A stretch of DNA of 45,577 bases, filler included, from Jimgerdemannia flammicorona (lineage: Eukaryota), in assembly GCA_003990765.1 (NCBI GenBank). It is 2 parts of 2 records of this genome, joined end to end, with 100 filler letters (N's around TTAATTAATTAA, not from the genome) between each part and the next. Parts side by side here need not be neighbours in the genome. Positions count along the whole stretch, not along the records: positions 1 to 22,740 come from RBNJ01001210.1; 1 more part is not named here. One strand, written 5' to 3'. Positions 1-10,639 of this stretch are shown here, piece after piece; position 1 is the stretch's first letter; every line of letters starts with the position of its first letter. A program made the translations under genes and the position numbers. Under the pieces are notes generated by a model. That model had not been told where the DNA came from. It was given only the letters and a program-made list of their open reading frames with translations, and ran no database searches.

Positions 1-188
1 CTGGTCTTACAGTTGAGCAAGTCCTCAAGAATGCACCAGAGGTCAGGCAAAAATTCCTGAAAGAAGCCAAGGAAGATACCAAGAGACTTCCAGTCCAAGG
101 ACCACACACTCAAGAACCTAGTACTATCCACACAGTCCATGAGAGCCAGCGACATGAACATCAATCTACAAGACTCGCCAATGGAAAA

Positions 189-530
189 GTGCATGGTGAA
201 AATGCCAGAATTCTCATCGATACTGGAGCAGCAGTATGCATCATCACCCAAAGAATGTTGGAGCAAATTGGATGGGGAATAGATGAAGGAACCAAAGCAA
301 GAGTTATCATGGCTGACAGATCAGCTTCCACACCCCTTGGACTTGTCAGAGATATCCCCATTCAAGTTGGAAAGGCCTGCCTCAATGTACCCAAAGCCAT
401 TGTGACCCCCACAACCTCCTATGACCTGATCCTGGGAACTGACTGGTTAAGCCAAGTTGGAGCCAATGTAGATATCAAGAAACAACTCCTGGTCTTCTCC
501 ATTCATAGACAGAAGCACAAGGTGCCCATT
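189..530 (+). pseudogene. Retropepsin aspartic protease of element A
   Basis: ARILIDTGAAVCII ... YDLILGTDWL. Confidence 0.93.
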
Positions 531-830
531 GACTTGAAAGGATTACCCAAAAAGACGAATCAAGCCTCAGAAACAGAATGGCAAGGATATGGTGACACCC
601 CCACTACTACCGAGGATGAAAGTGAGGCCAATTTCCTACAAGAACTAGGAAGTGATTTCGATGCCCCAAGGGACCAAGAAAGCGAACAAGAAGACTCTTT
701 CATTGGAGTTATTGGTGTTGAAGGCCTGGAAGAAAGCATTGATAGAGCCATTAATGCAAGGGCAGCACTTGAGTTTGCAGGACCTTCTGCTCAACCACCA
801 CCACCACTGGTAGAAAATTGGATCATGTGA

Positions 831-1640
831 GTCTTTCATCGAGGCATATGTGAACATTTCATCAGCTTCTACTCACCAAGAGATGATTGCAGCAATTGCC
901 GAATCCTGGATCTCAAGAAGGTTCCAATGCCAGAAATTGATGACAAGGATGAATTGAAGCAAGCACCATCCTACAGCCGAATACAACCTCCAATCCCGAA
1001 GACCTTCAAGAAGACCTATAAGGAAGGACAGAAGATTCTCACCTGCCAAACATTCAAGTCCCTTACCATCGAAGGAGAAAGCAACAGCTCTTACACTATC
1101 ACCCAGGCCCTCTAGATCACACAGCCTACTTATGACAAGTATCGGAAGAGATTCCCTACCAGTAGGGAGATCAAACAGTGAAATGAAGACTTTGTCAAGA
1201 AGGGACATTGTGATTGTGGAAAAACCTTTACCTGCTCCTGGTGTGAACATCGAGATATTCACCTCAGCAAAGATATCTACAAGAGTCGAGTCAAGAGAAA
1301 GGATCCCACCCTGCAAGAACCTCGAATTCGCTGGGCCTGTCAGAAGTGCAAAGAAATCAACCATGAAGGAGATTGCAAGTTCAAGAGCCAGACCTCTATC
1401 TGGGACCTACCATTGAAAGTTCTTGCCATCATTTGCTAGTACTGCTGCCCTCATCAAGGAAAAGAAGGTATCAATCTTGCCTTCATCCTTATGGAAGCTC
1501 TGGACCCTCTAGGAAAGACTGGATTCAATTACACAAGAAACTCAAAGACAGGAGCTCACTGGCCTTTCTTCAAACTGGAGTGCATGGACTTCTCACCTAC
1601 AATGGCAACAGCTGAAGTGCCATTTCTCAAAGCTCAACCA
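831..1640 (+). pseudogene. Unknown in-frame polyprotein domain between PR and dUTPase (Cys/His motif and F-box-like segment)
   Basis: Same frame as PR and dUTPase; GHCDCGKTFTCSWCEHRDIHLS (1203-1268), CQKC, SIWDLPLKVLAIIC*Y (1395-1442), EALDP..TGAHW; homologous segment in C1 at ~25760-26100 (-). Confidence 0.7.
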
Positions 1641-2051
1641 ATTATCCAGGTCAAGCTGCTTTCACCCTGGGCACAGCCACCTCTTGTATAAACAGAAGGA
1701 TCAGTTGGTTATGACCTCTGCCTCCCCTACCAAGCAAGAATCTGACCCAGAAGTACCAGGACTTTTGACCTACAGATCGTACTTGCTATACCATCTGGGC
1801 ATTATGGACAATTGGCCTCAAGATCCTCATTGGCAACCAAAGGAGTCACAGTAGAAGGAGGAGTCATCGATCAGGACTACCGAGGTCCCTTGAAGGCCAT
1901 TATCTACAATTCTAGTAGAACCAGCCAATTCTTCAGTCCTATGGAAGCCATCTGCCAAATTCTGTTTATCAAGACATTACAGCTGACCATCCAAGAGATA
2001 GACCAACTAGAAGATACCAACAGAGGACAAGGAGGCTTTGGAAGCACCAAT
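1641..2051 (+). pseudogene. dUTPase of element A (between PR and RT)
   Basis: All five trimeric dUTPase motifs: SVGYDL, ASRSSLA, GGVIDQDYRGP, EAICQILF, TNRGQGGFGST; two in-frame stops. Confidence 0.95.
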
Positions 2052-2509
2052 AGAAATCTACGGACACCACCTATCGAGGTTCATTTAGCAACAGTTGCTC
2101 AATTCCAACAAATGAGACCCCACATCTGCTGCCCAATCCGAGCAAGAGAAGACATCCTCCTGCAGCCCTACTAGCAAAAAGGCCTAGATGTGCACCTACT
2201 AGTAGAAGCAAACAACTTGATATTTGCACCATCACTGGAGCTTCAAAAGGAATACCACATCCTCCTGGCTAAAGAACGAATTCATGACCAGATGTCACCG
2301 ATCCACATCCCTATCAGAAACTTGGGATTCGAAGTGATAACTATCCCCAAGGGAACAACACTGGGATATTTCGAACCACTGATAGACACCTACGAGGAAG
2401 AAGTCTTCGAATTCTTGGGAAACAGCAAGTCCTCTCCGGTGAGACTGATGGTACCAGGGAGGAAGACTCAGCAAATTCAGCAACCAAAGCCATCAACATC
2501 AAGACAACT

Positions 2510-3890
2510 CTAACCAAGGACCAGCAACAACAGATACAGGAGTTGATAGAGGAGTATAAAGATATATTTACCACCACATATGATAACTTCCCACCATATC
2601 AATATGGAGAACACCCTATACATACTGGAGATGCAAGACCAATCCGACAATGACCCTACCGAACACCACATCATCTGATTGAATTCGAACAACAACACAT
2701 AGATGAAATGCTATGAAATGGAGTCATCAGACCATCATCAAGCCCCTGGGCTTTACCAGCAATCATAGTACCAAAGAAAGGAGGATGGAGATTAGTTGTG
2801 GATTTCAGAAAACTCAACAAAGTCACCACAGAAGATACCTACCCACTGCCAAGAATTGATGACCTCATCAATACCCTTAGAAAAGCCAAATACATGACCA
2901 CTACTGACCAGTTCCAAGGACTCCAAGTAATACCCATTGCCAAAGAAGATATCTGCAAGACGGTCTTTATCACCAGACAAGGACAGTATGAATACCTATG
3001 AATGCCCTTTGGACTCTGCAATGCACCTGCCTCATTCCAACAAATGATGAACTATGTCTACCGAGACCTCATTGGAAGAAATGTACTAGTATATATAGAT
3101 GATGTAATCATCTACTCTGAGACATTAGCAGCATTTACAAGACCTCTGCAAAGTATTTAATACCATTTGAAATTCAGGACTCAGACTCAATGCCAAGAAG
3201 TGCTTCTTCGGAAAACATCAAGTCGAATATCTGAGATATGTTGTCTCAGCTCAAGGAACACATGCTGATCCCCGCAAGGTGGAGAAAGTCAAGAACTACC
3301 CAACCCCGACCTCAGCAAAGGAGACCCTATCTTTCCTTATGCTGGCATCCTACTATCGATGATTCATCCCAAGGTTTTCAGATAAGGCAGCACCTCTCCA
3401 AGATATCTCCAAGAAGGACCAACCATTCTACTGGAAAGAAGGACAACAAAAGTCATTCGACCTACTCAAGAAGGCCCTTACTGAAGCCCCTGTCCTAGTG
3501 CAACCAGACTTTGGCAAACCATTCATCCTGGCAACTGATGCCTCAGCCTTAGGACTTGGATCAATTCTGTCTCAGCAAGATGACCAGAAGAGGGAGCATG
3601 TTATCGAATATGCTAGCAAGACTACAAATGAAACTCAAGCAAACTATGGAGCCACTAAGTTGGAATGCCTAGCAGTAGTTTGGGCTGTAGACCACTTCCG
3701 ACACTATCTCTTGGGAAAGAGATTCGCCCTCATCACTGACCATCAAGCTCTACAATGGTTGTTCAACAAGCCGGAGCCCTCTGGAATCTTCGCTAGATGG
3801 ATCATATCTCTGCAAGAATATCAGTTCACTATTGTCTACAAGAAAGGTGCTAAGAATTCCAATGTCGATACCCTGTCAAGAATTCCATAA
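2510..3890 (+). pseudogene. Reverse transcriptase and RNase H of element A
   Basis: [32 protein letters not shown] (3092-3103), LATDASALGLG, LECLAVVWAV, TDHQAL. Confidence 0.95.
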
Positions 3891-4109
3891 AACTGACAAG
3901 AAGGGAAAGAGCCCCCACAAGAGAAGGCTACTTCCCGCTCACCCAAATGAACCAAGAATTGTGCCTCACCCTCACCTAGAGTCTGTACCATAGAAGCTTC
4001 AAGAAAGGAATCCAACCAGCCCACAAGTTGTTTATCCAAAGAAATTTTAAGAAATTCTAAGAAGGTGATGGTGAACTTTGGAGAGTAGAAGGAGAGCAGT
4101 ACACCCGAG

Positions 4110-5166
4110 TTCCAAGAGAAGAAGAAATATTGAAGATCCTGATAACAAATCATGACCCAAATGCACACCAAGAAATTGGCACCACAATCGCAAGAATCAA
4201 GAAGCGATACTGGTGGCCCAAGATGAGAAAATAAATTTCAATGCACATTCAACAATATGATACCTGCCAAAGATACCGACAAAAGCCTACTGACAGAGTA
4301 CCATTAATACTGATTACAGCACCAGCTGGAGTCTTTCAAAGACTGGGAATAGACATTATTGGACCCCTACCAGTAACCAGCCAAGGAAGACACTATATCC
4401 TCACTATTGAAGACTACCTGACAAAATGGCCTGAAGCCTTTGCCATTGAGACTGCTGATGCCCAGACAATTATTGGGATCCTGTATGATGAAATTTTCAG
4501 CCACCATGGTGTGCCCAAGGAAATCATTACAGATCAAGGCCGAGAATTCATCAACCAAGCCATGAAGACCTTTGCGAGCAACTTCAAGATCAAGCTACGA
4601 CCAACAACAGCCTACCACCTACAGGCAAATAGACTTACTGAACGAATGAACCAGACCATCAAGCGAGGTCTCAGTAGAACCGGAGATCAACTAAACTGGG
4701 ATATCTATCTACCGGCAATTCTGTTCAGCATCCGTACCTCTAAGGCAACTGCTATCCAACAGACCCCCTTCTATTTGGTGTATGGCTGAGAAGCATATGA
4801 TCCTACTGAACCAGTCCAGCTAGATCTGTCAAAATGAGTCACAGAAGAGATCATTCGGTTACACGACATACACCACAAGCACAAGGATTTATTGCCAAGG
4901 CACAAGAATGACAAAAGAGGTACTACAACTGCAAAGCTGACCTCGAACCCCTACTCATTAGACAAAAGGTTCTGGTGTACTGTACCATCATAGAAGGAAA
5001 TTGGAGTATCAAGCTTGAACCAAAATGGGAAGGCCCCTATCTCATACACCAAGTATTCCCAAACCACACTTATCAACTCAAGACCTTGGATGGAGTTATA
5101 CTCAAGACTAAGATACACTGCAACTGCATAAGACTCTACTACTCAAGAGAAGCAAAACGCATTTAA
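4110..5166 (+). pseudogene. Integrase of element A (HHCC, DDE core, C-terminal SH3-like part; no chromodomain)
   Basis: RYWWPKMR..DTCQ, GIDIIGPLP, ITDQGREF, LTERMNQT, TPFYLVYG, KLEPKWEGPY. Confidence 0.93.
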
Positions 5167-5479
5167 ACAATCCTGTTCACTCTGTCTGTGTCATCTCTAT
5201 TGGAGATACAATGGATGTTTCACTCGGAACTCAAGAAAGCCAAGAACATTGGAACCAGACTCAAGCCCATCTATGTGACAGGCATTGTTACTAAGAAATT
5301 GCCTCAGATTACAAGAAATACTATTTCCAATGGGTTTGAACCCCCAGCCATGACTATGGGAGGCCTTGCCCTAGACAAGGATGGCCAGTCCTCACAAATG
5401 CACTGACATTCTGCTCATCCCTTGAGTTAAGACCACCCAACTCTGTGTAACCCTCACCGCCAAGGATGGCTCTAATTTT

Positions 5480-5491
5480 GCAAGAGGCAGA
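5480..5491 (+). promoter_or_regulatory. Degenerate polypurine tract of element A
   Basis: GCAAGAGGCAGA immediately before TGTG; preceded by the AGGA-loop hairpin also found before the PPT of B and C2. Confidence 0.7.
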
Positions 5492-5572
5492 TGTGATGTC
5501 TATAATCGACCGTGTCCAAATTCGGAGTATCCTGTGACCACAAGATCAGATGACATTATGGTGCGATAACTG

Positions 5573-6694
5573 GTGACCAGCCCAAACCGTCAAGTGATTT
5601 CACCAAAAGAAGACAAGATGATCCAAGCCAAAATGAAGACCACATTATTTAAGGAACCATACTCTGCCTCAGGGATCAGTATCAAAGAACCAAGTACTCA
5701 CCACACAATACCTCCCATTCGCCGATCCAACCAGACCTCCCACCACTCTACCCCTTTGCCTGGCCCAAAGACCCTGATCTTTGAAGCTATCAAGAAGGCC
5801 ATCTGGTGCCCAGATACTTCCAAACACTTGAACTTCTATATCGAGGACCTTGGACACTTCATCAACTACTGGTATACAATGACCCAACAGCTCAAAGACA
5901 CTACCGAACGAATGACCCTCTGGCATGACTACGAAATCGGACACCGCCTTCACAATGAGACTCAAGAAGACAACCAGGAAGACCTCATTACTGAATTGAT
6001 AACCACCAGCCAGCTGATCAAGAGAGCTCTCCATGTTCATCAGATATTCTGCTACATCCCCTAGGCCATAGCATACTTGCAAGGAGTAACAGCCGGCAGT
6101 CTTGCCCATCTCTCAACTGAAGATGCAGACTGGATAGAATCAGAAGTAGCCAACTCTATTGGTAGCAACTGGGTCACTGTAGGAAGCCAACAAACCAAAC
6201 CTACTTAGCCAGGTTTCCACACCACCCCACTCCGAGACAACCATCAAGGTCACCTAATGAGTCTTATGGAGATATTTGAAGGACTGCCCATTACCATAGA
6301 AGTACCCATTGGAGCTACCCCAACCACCCACCACCCTGTCAGCCACAATTTACATCTCATCATTTGGGAACCGAATCAAGAAGAAGCTCAAGAGGTCCCT
6401 GTCTTTGAAGAGGAAGCCCAAGAACTCCAAGACCCTGCCCCTGAAGAAACCCCCTCTGATACTGAAACTGACAAGTCTTCAGAAGAAGAAGAGGAGCAAC
6501 AGAGAGTCTACCAGTCCTCTGTCCGCATTCAAGCTGTTCAAGGGTTGGAGAATATTGTTGAAGATGACTGGCCACTTTTCTACCCCCTCATCTCTTGGCC
6601 AGCACTTCCCCCTTTTGAGGAGAGGTATGATGAAGAAGAAATCATAACCCAGCAAGATTTGCCCACCATGGATGAAGGGTACTATTCCCTCTAG
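5573..6694 (+). pseudogene. LTR-embedded accessory ORF (ORF-X), ~370 codons, conserved core plus acidic C-terminus
   Basis: ORFs 5573-6064 and 6257-6694 and the gap between them are one frame broken only by TAG at 6062 and 6206; core LWHDYEIGHRL...ALHVHQIF matches post-integrase ORFs in C1 and C2; true start codon uncertain. Confidence 0.75.
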
Positions 6695-6735
6695 AAATAC
6701 CACCTATCAGCCACAAGAATTGTACAGCCTTTATG

Positions 6736-7040
6736 TCAGCATTTTGTCAGCAAGTCTGAATCCAGCATTGCTACCCAGCACAACCATTTCCAGCATTGCT
6801 ATCCAGTGCCACCATTTTCAGCATTTTGTCAGCAAGTCCGAATTCAGCATTGCTACCCAGCACAACCATTTCCAGCATTGTTATCCAGTGCTACCATTTT
6901 CAGTGTTTTGTCAGCAAGTCCGAATCCAACGTTACTACCCAGCACAACCGTTTCTAGCATTGCTATCTAGTGCCACTGTTTTCAGCATTTTGTCAGCAAG
7001 TCCAAATCCAGCGTTGCTACCCAGCACAACCATTTCTGGC
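6736..7040 (+). repeat. 82-bp tandem repeat (~3.7 copies) in U3 of LTR A
   Basis: Units start at 6736, 6818, 6900, 6982 (TCAGCATTTTGTCAGCAAGTC...), each with two internal CCAGCATTGCTAYCCAG subrepeats. Confidence 0.95.
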
Positions 7041-7167
7041 AACAATCGTCATATCCATATCCATCCATGTCAGTAAGTCAGCCCTTCATATTGTGCAAGC
7101 CAATAGCATAGTGAAGTTCGCCACAACATAGTATACCTTAGCCCCCCCCCCATAGCTAGCAAATTTG

Positions 7168-7199
7168 TATAAATAACCCTATATCTTAGAGTGAATAAA
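7168..7199 (+). promoter_or_regulatory. LTR TATA box and polyadenylation signal
   Basis: TATAAA 7168-7173 and AATAAA 7194-7199 followed by CCTCAG, same layout as B LTR (TGTATAAATA...AATAAAGCCTCAG). Confidence 0.7.
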
Positions 7200-7202
7200 A
7201 CC

Positions 7203-7500
7203 TCAGTCAGACAGTTTTACAGAGAAAACACACTGCCTCCAAGAGACTGGAAAATTCTGAGAACAAAATAACAACCTAGAGCAACAGATCGCTCAGAAGT
7301 TTGAGTTAAGGAATTTCTCTTGCCACCTGAATTTCAAGTTTTGCCACCACGAAAAGGATTCAAGACCACAGACCACCCACAATTCAGTCAGACAGTTTTA
7401 CAGAGAAAACACACTGCCTCTAAGAGAACGGAATTCCAAGAACAAAATAACTAGAGCAATGGATCACTCGAGATTTGAGTTAAAGAATTTCTCTTACCAC
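7203..7500 (+). repeat. ~120 bp direct duplication inside LTR A (7203-7326 and 7384-7500)
   Basis: Both copies begin TCAGTCAGACAGTTTTACAGAGAAAACACACTGCCTC and end GAATTTCTCTTRCCAC. Confidence 0.9.
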
Positions 7501-8559
7501 AGAAAGAAAGAAAACATTACCCGACTGCTGACTGCTGCCATTCAAGACCACCATTCGAGATTCAAGACCCCAGCAATACAGCTAAAGAACCCAAGGAACC
7601 CAAGTTACCCAGCCAAAGGATACAAGACCGCTGCCAAAGATCTGAACGACTGCCAGAAACCTTTCAAGTTAACCAAGATGGATGAGTGAGCCATCAACCT
7701 CCATTTTCCCCAACCTACTGCACCATGGACTGCTTTAATTGACCACATAAAGAGCAAGACCATCAAGACCATCGCTGCCAAGTTATTTGCCACCCTTTTC
7801 CACTAAACAATTGAGCCATCGATGTTCTGAGCCAATGAACAATCGAACTCCCACTATCAATTATCATACGAATCGGATGAACCGATCACATGACCATCGA
7901 CCTGCAACCATCACAAATGCACTCAGTCATATACCGCGCACTCCACCAAGTGGCACATTGAGCCATGCCAGAAGCAACTAGGAATACAAACCCAATGCCA
8001 CAATATATATTATATATATTATTCTATATATATCCATACTTACTATAGTAATAGTAATTACTATTGAACTTAGATTTATATTTTTAACCTTATTGGTACT
8101 TCTTACCTTATCTATATAACCTGTAGAATACTTTCTTATCATCATTATTGCTACTATTTCCTTGATGTATCTCTTCATTAATGAGACTTATTATTATATA
8201 AATATAGTCTATAAGTTTTTTGCTTTTATATATAGCTATTATTATAACATTATATATCTCAGAGTAGTTCCTTATAAGGGTCAGAATCTTGTCTTCATTA
8301 CTGATATACTTATACTGACTCCTTGATTTTTTTAGTTGTGATATCTTAGTATAGAGTAGTATATAGTCTTAGAAAGGTATCTCTTACTAGCTGCTAACTA
8401 GGGCTCATAATCTTTTATTGTATCTTAGTTGAAAATATAGAGTAGAGAAAAAAGAGCAGTATTGTTTTTATTAAATATATATCTATTTATATATTGAGTA
8501 ATATAACTCAAAGATGACATAGTTATATAAAAGCTACATTATTGAGATATAATAATGAG

Positions 8560-9139
8560 AATTTCAATAAGATAGGATACCAGATGGCCTATGATGGTTC
8601 TTTTTGATAAAATAATACTATTTTAGTTTTAGTTAGTTGCTTGAGAGTACACAGAATTCATCTTATCAGAAAATATATATCCTTCTATATCAAGGTTCTT
8701 GAGATTCTTATTAGATTCAAAGAAGAGATTTCTAGGATTAGATAGTGCAAATATTTCAAAGATGGTCTGCTCTCTTGATTTTAGGATGAGATTCTTATAT
8801 AGCTTAACTAGTTAGTATTATACTTATTGAGAAGTATTCTTCTTAAAGTAGCTGATCTAGAGGAGATATACTTTTTTCTTATCTGAGCTTTTAAATTCTT
8901 TAGTTTGTCTTATACCTTGAGTCAGTTCAGAGACTTCTTATAGTTGGAGAGTCTTGACCTTTATGAAGATTGCTTGTATAATCTTTACTCTTTGTAGATT
9001 TAGTTCTATTCTATACTACTATTGTTCAGAATGACTCTAATTTTGTCTGTGTATTATTTCTCTTTCTATATTTATTTCTTATCTAGTAAGTCTGGATCTT
9101 GAGATCAGTTACATATAAGTTTCTTTGAGTGATTATATT
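8560..9139 (-). mobile_element. Heavily mutated family-C gypsy fragment (dUTPase C-terminal part and downstream linker)
   Basis: Colinear similarity to ~24975-25560 (C1). Confidence 0.88.
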
Positions 9140-9542
9140 TGTAACATTTTAGTGTAGTTTATTCCTTTTCTTTGTCTTTCTCCAATATTCTATGACCTTC
9201 TGGTACTTTCTGAATGCTTAGAAATCCTTTCTTGGTGCCAAGCATTAACTAGTACTTATTTAGTTAGTCCTGGAATGTCCTGGAAACTTGTAGAACTTTA
9301 TTTGTCATCATTTGTCATCTTTGCCGTGAACTTTCCTCTTGGTATTTTCCTTCGATTTCTCAGATCCTTCCAGATCCTTCTTTCAGATCTTGTATAAATA
9401 TCCCCTTTGTTCTCATAAATAAAGCCTCAGAATATTTTCTCCCAGAAATCCTTCGAGAACACTTGAATCCTTAGTATCTCTTTGAGCTACTTAGGACTAC
9501 CAGAATTAGTCACTTCCTCATTTAGAAACTAGAACTGTTACA
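9140..9542 (+). repeat. 5' LTR of element B
   Basis: Direct repeat of 14767-15169 (about 21 differences by hand count), TGTAACA/TGTTACA termini. Confidence 0.98.
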
Positions 9543-9544
9543 CT

Positions 9545-9556
9545 TGGTAGCAGTGG
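9545..9556 (+). promoter_or_regulatory. Primer-binding site, initiator tRNA-Met type
   Basis: TGGTAGCAGTGG 2 nt after the LTR; complementary to the ...GCUACCA end of eukaryotic tRNA-iMet. Confidence 0.8.
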
Positions 9557-9610
9557 TGAAGTTACACCTAGCCTTATCAAGACACCTCTCAAGATATCAG
9601 TCACAACACT

Positions 9611-10600
9611 ATGGAGGACAATGGGTGGAACCCTTCATACAGTACCTACAGTCCAGGCAATGCCTCTTACCACCAGCAAGAAGAAGAAGAGGAACAGCCA
9701 ATCCCCACCCAGTCAACTGGGTCCATCGAAAGTTTTTTGCAAACTGCATTAGCCCAGATCGCCCAACTTCAAGAACGTGTAGAAAGAAAGGAAAGCAAGG
9801 CCTCCGCTCATACCTCCGCACCTCCACCAACATCAATACATCCGACAGCAGTCACTATCAAGCCTCAGAAGCCTGACACCTTTGATGGTCAAAGAGGAGG
9901 ACTGTCTACCGATGCCTGGCTTTTCCAATTGGAGCAATATGGAGAACTGACCAATTTGGAAGAAACAACACTAGTCCAATTTGCTGCCACACTCCTCCGA
10001 GGGAATACTGCAATCTGGTGGTGAAATCATGTCCAGAATACCAGATTCTCTAGCCGAATCAAGACCTGGGGTGAATTCTCTGATGCTATTCAAGGCCAAT
10101 TCAAACCAGTCAACAGCACCAAGGCTGCGCGAGACCATCTGGCAAATGTCAAACAACTCAAGTCTGTACAAGCATAAAATGCACAATTCCTGTTAATCCT
10201 GCTAGAATTACCACATGTCACTGAAGATGAGAAGGTGGACAAGTACATCCAAGATTTGAAAGGCCAAACCCGAGTTCGTGTTGAACTAGAAGAACCCAAG
10301 GACCTAGACACAGCAATGAAAATTGCTGATAGGTTTGATGTCATCACCTATGGTCACCGCTTTGAACAGAAGAGACTGCCTTTCAACAACAACAACAACC
10401 ACAGAAGGGAGGAACCCAAAGTCAGAACTGTTGGACCTGCCCCCATGGACCTAGACACCATTGACAAGAGCAAGAAAGGCAAACTTACACCTGAGGAAAA
10501 GGAGCGCCTCAAGAAGGCTGGAGCCTGCTTCTTTTGCCATCAGCCTGGTCACATTGCAACCAAATGTCCCAAGAAAACTGCGGAACCAAAGAGGATCCTA
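9611..10600 (+). pseudogene. gag of element B
   Basis: KPQKPDTFDG, AWLFQLEQY, LRGNTAIWW, GPAPMDLD, zinc knuckle CFFCHQPGHIATKC; in-frame stops. Confidence 0.93.
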
Positions 10601-10639
10601 GTCCTGTCCAAAGACACTCAAGGTCAACTAGTCGAACAA

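Larger units (their letters stand above)
1..8002 (+). mobile_element. Ty3/gypsy LTR retrotransposon, element A (non-chromovirus, 5' part outside window): gag end-PR-spacer-dUTPase-RT-RNaseH-IN-PPT-long 3' LTR
   Basis: Ordered motifs [39 protein letters not shown]; many TGA/TAG/TAA stops attributable to transitions, plus frameshifts. Confidence 0.95.
5492..8002 (+). repeat. Putative ~2.5 kb 3' LTR of element A
   Basis: Starts TGTGATG after the PPT, ends TGCCACA at an abrupt switch to AT-rich DNA; termini reduce to the inverted repeat TGTGGCG...CGCCACA if transitions are reversed; internal TATA and AATAAA laid out as in the B LTR. Partner LTR not in window. Confidence 0.7.

Noticed and set aside
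5188..5406. 72-aa ORF after the integrase of A
   Set aside because: No recognisable motif; similarity to B here is at nucleotide level and not in a consistent frame
6736..7040. CRISPR-like array
   Set aside because: Units are contiguous with no unique spacers, no cas genes, eukaryotic LTR context
6672..7076. 134-aa repetitive ORF
   Set aside because: Product of an 82-bp repeat whose period is not a multiple of 3
8003..8559. AT-rich segment with a 66-aa ORF
   Set aside because: Hypermutated relic; no assignable motif or in-window homology
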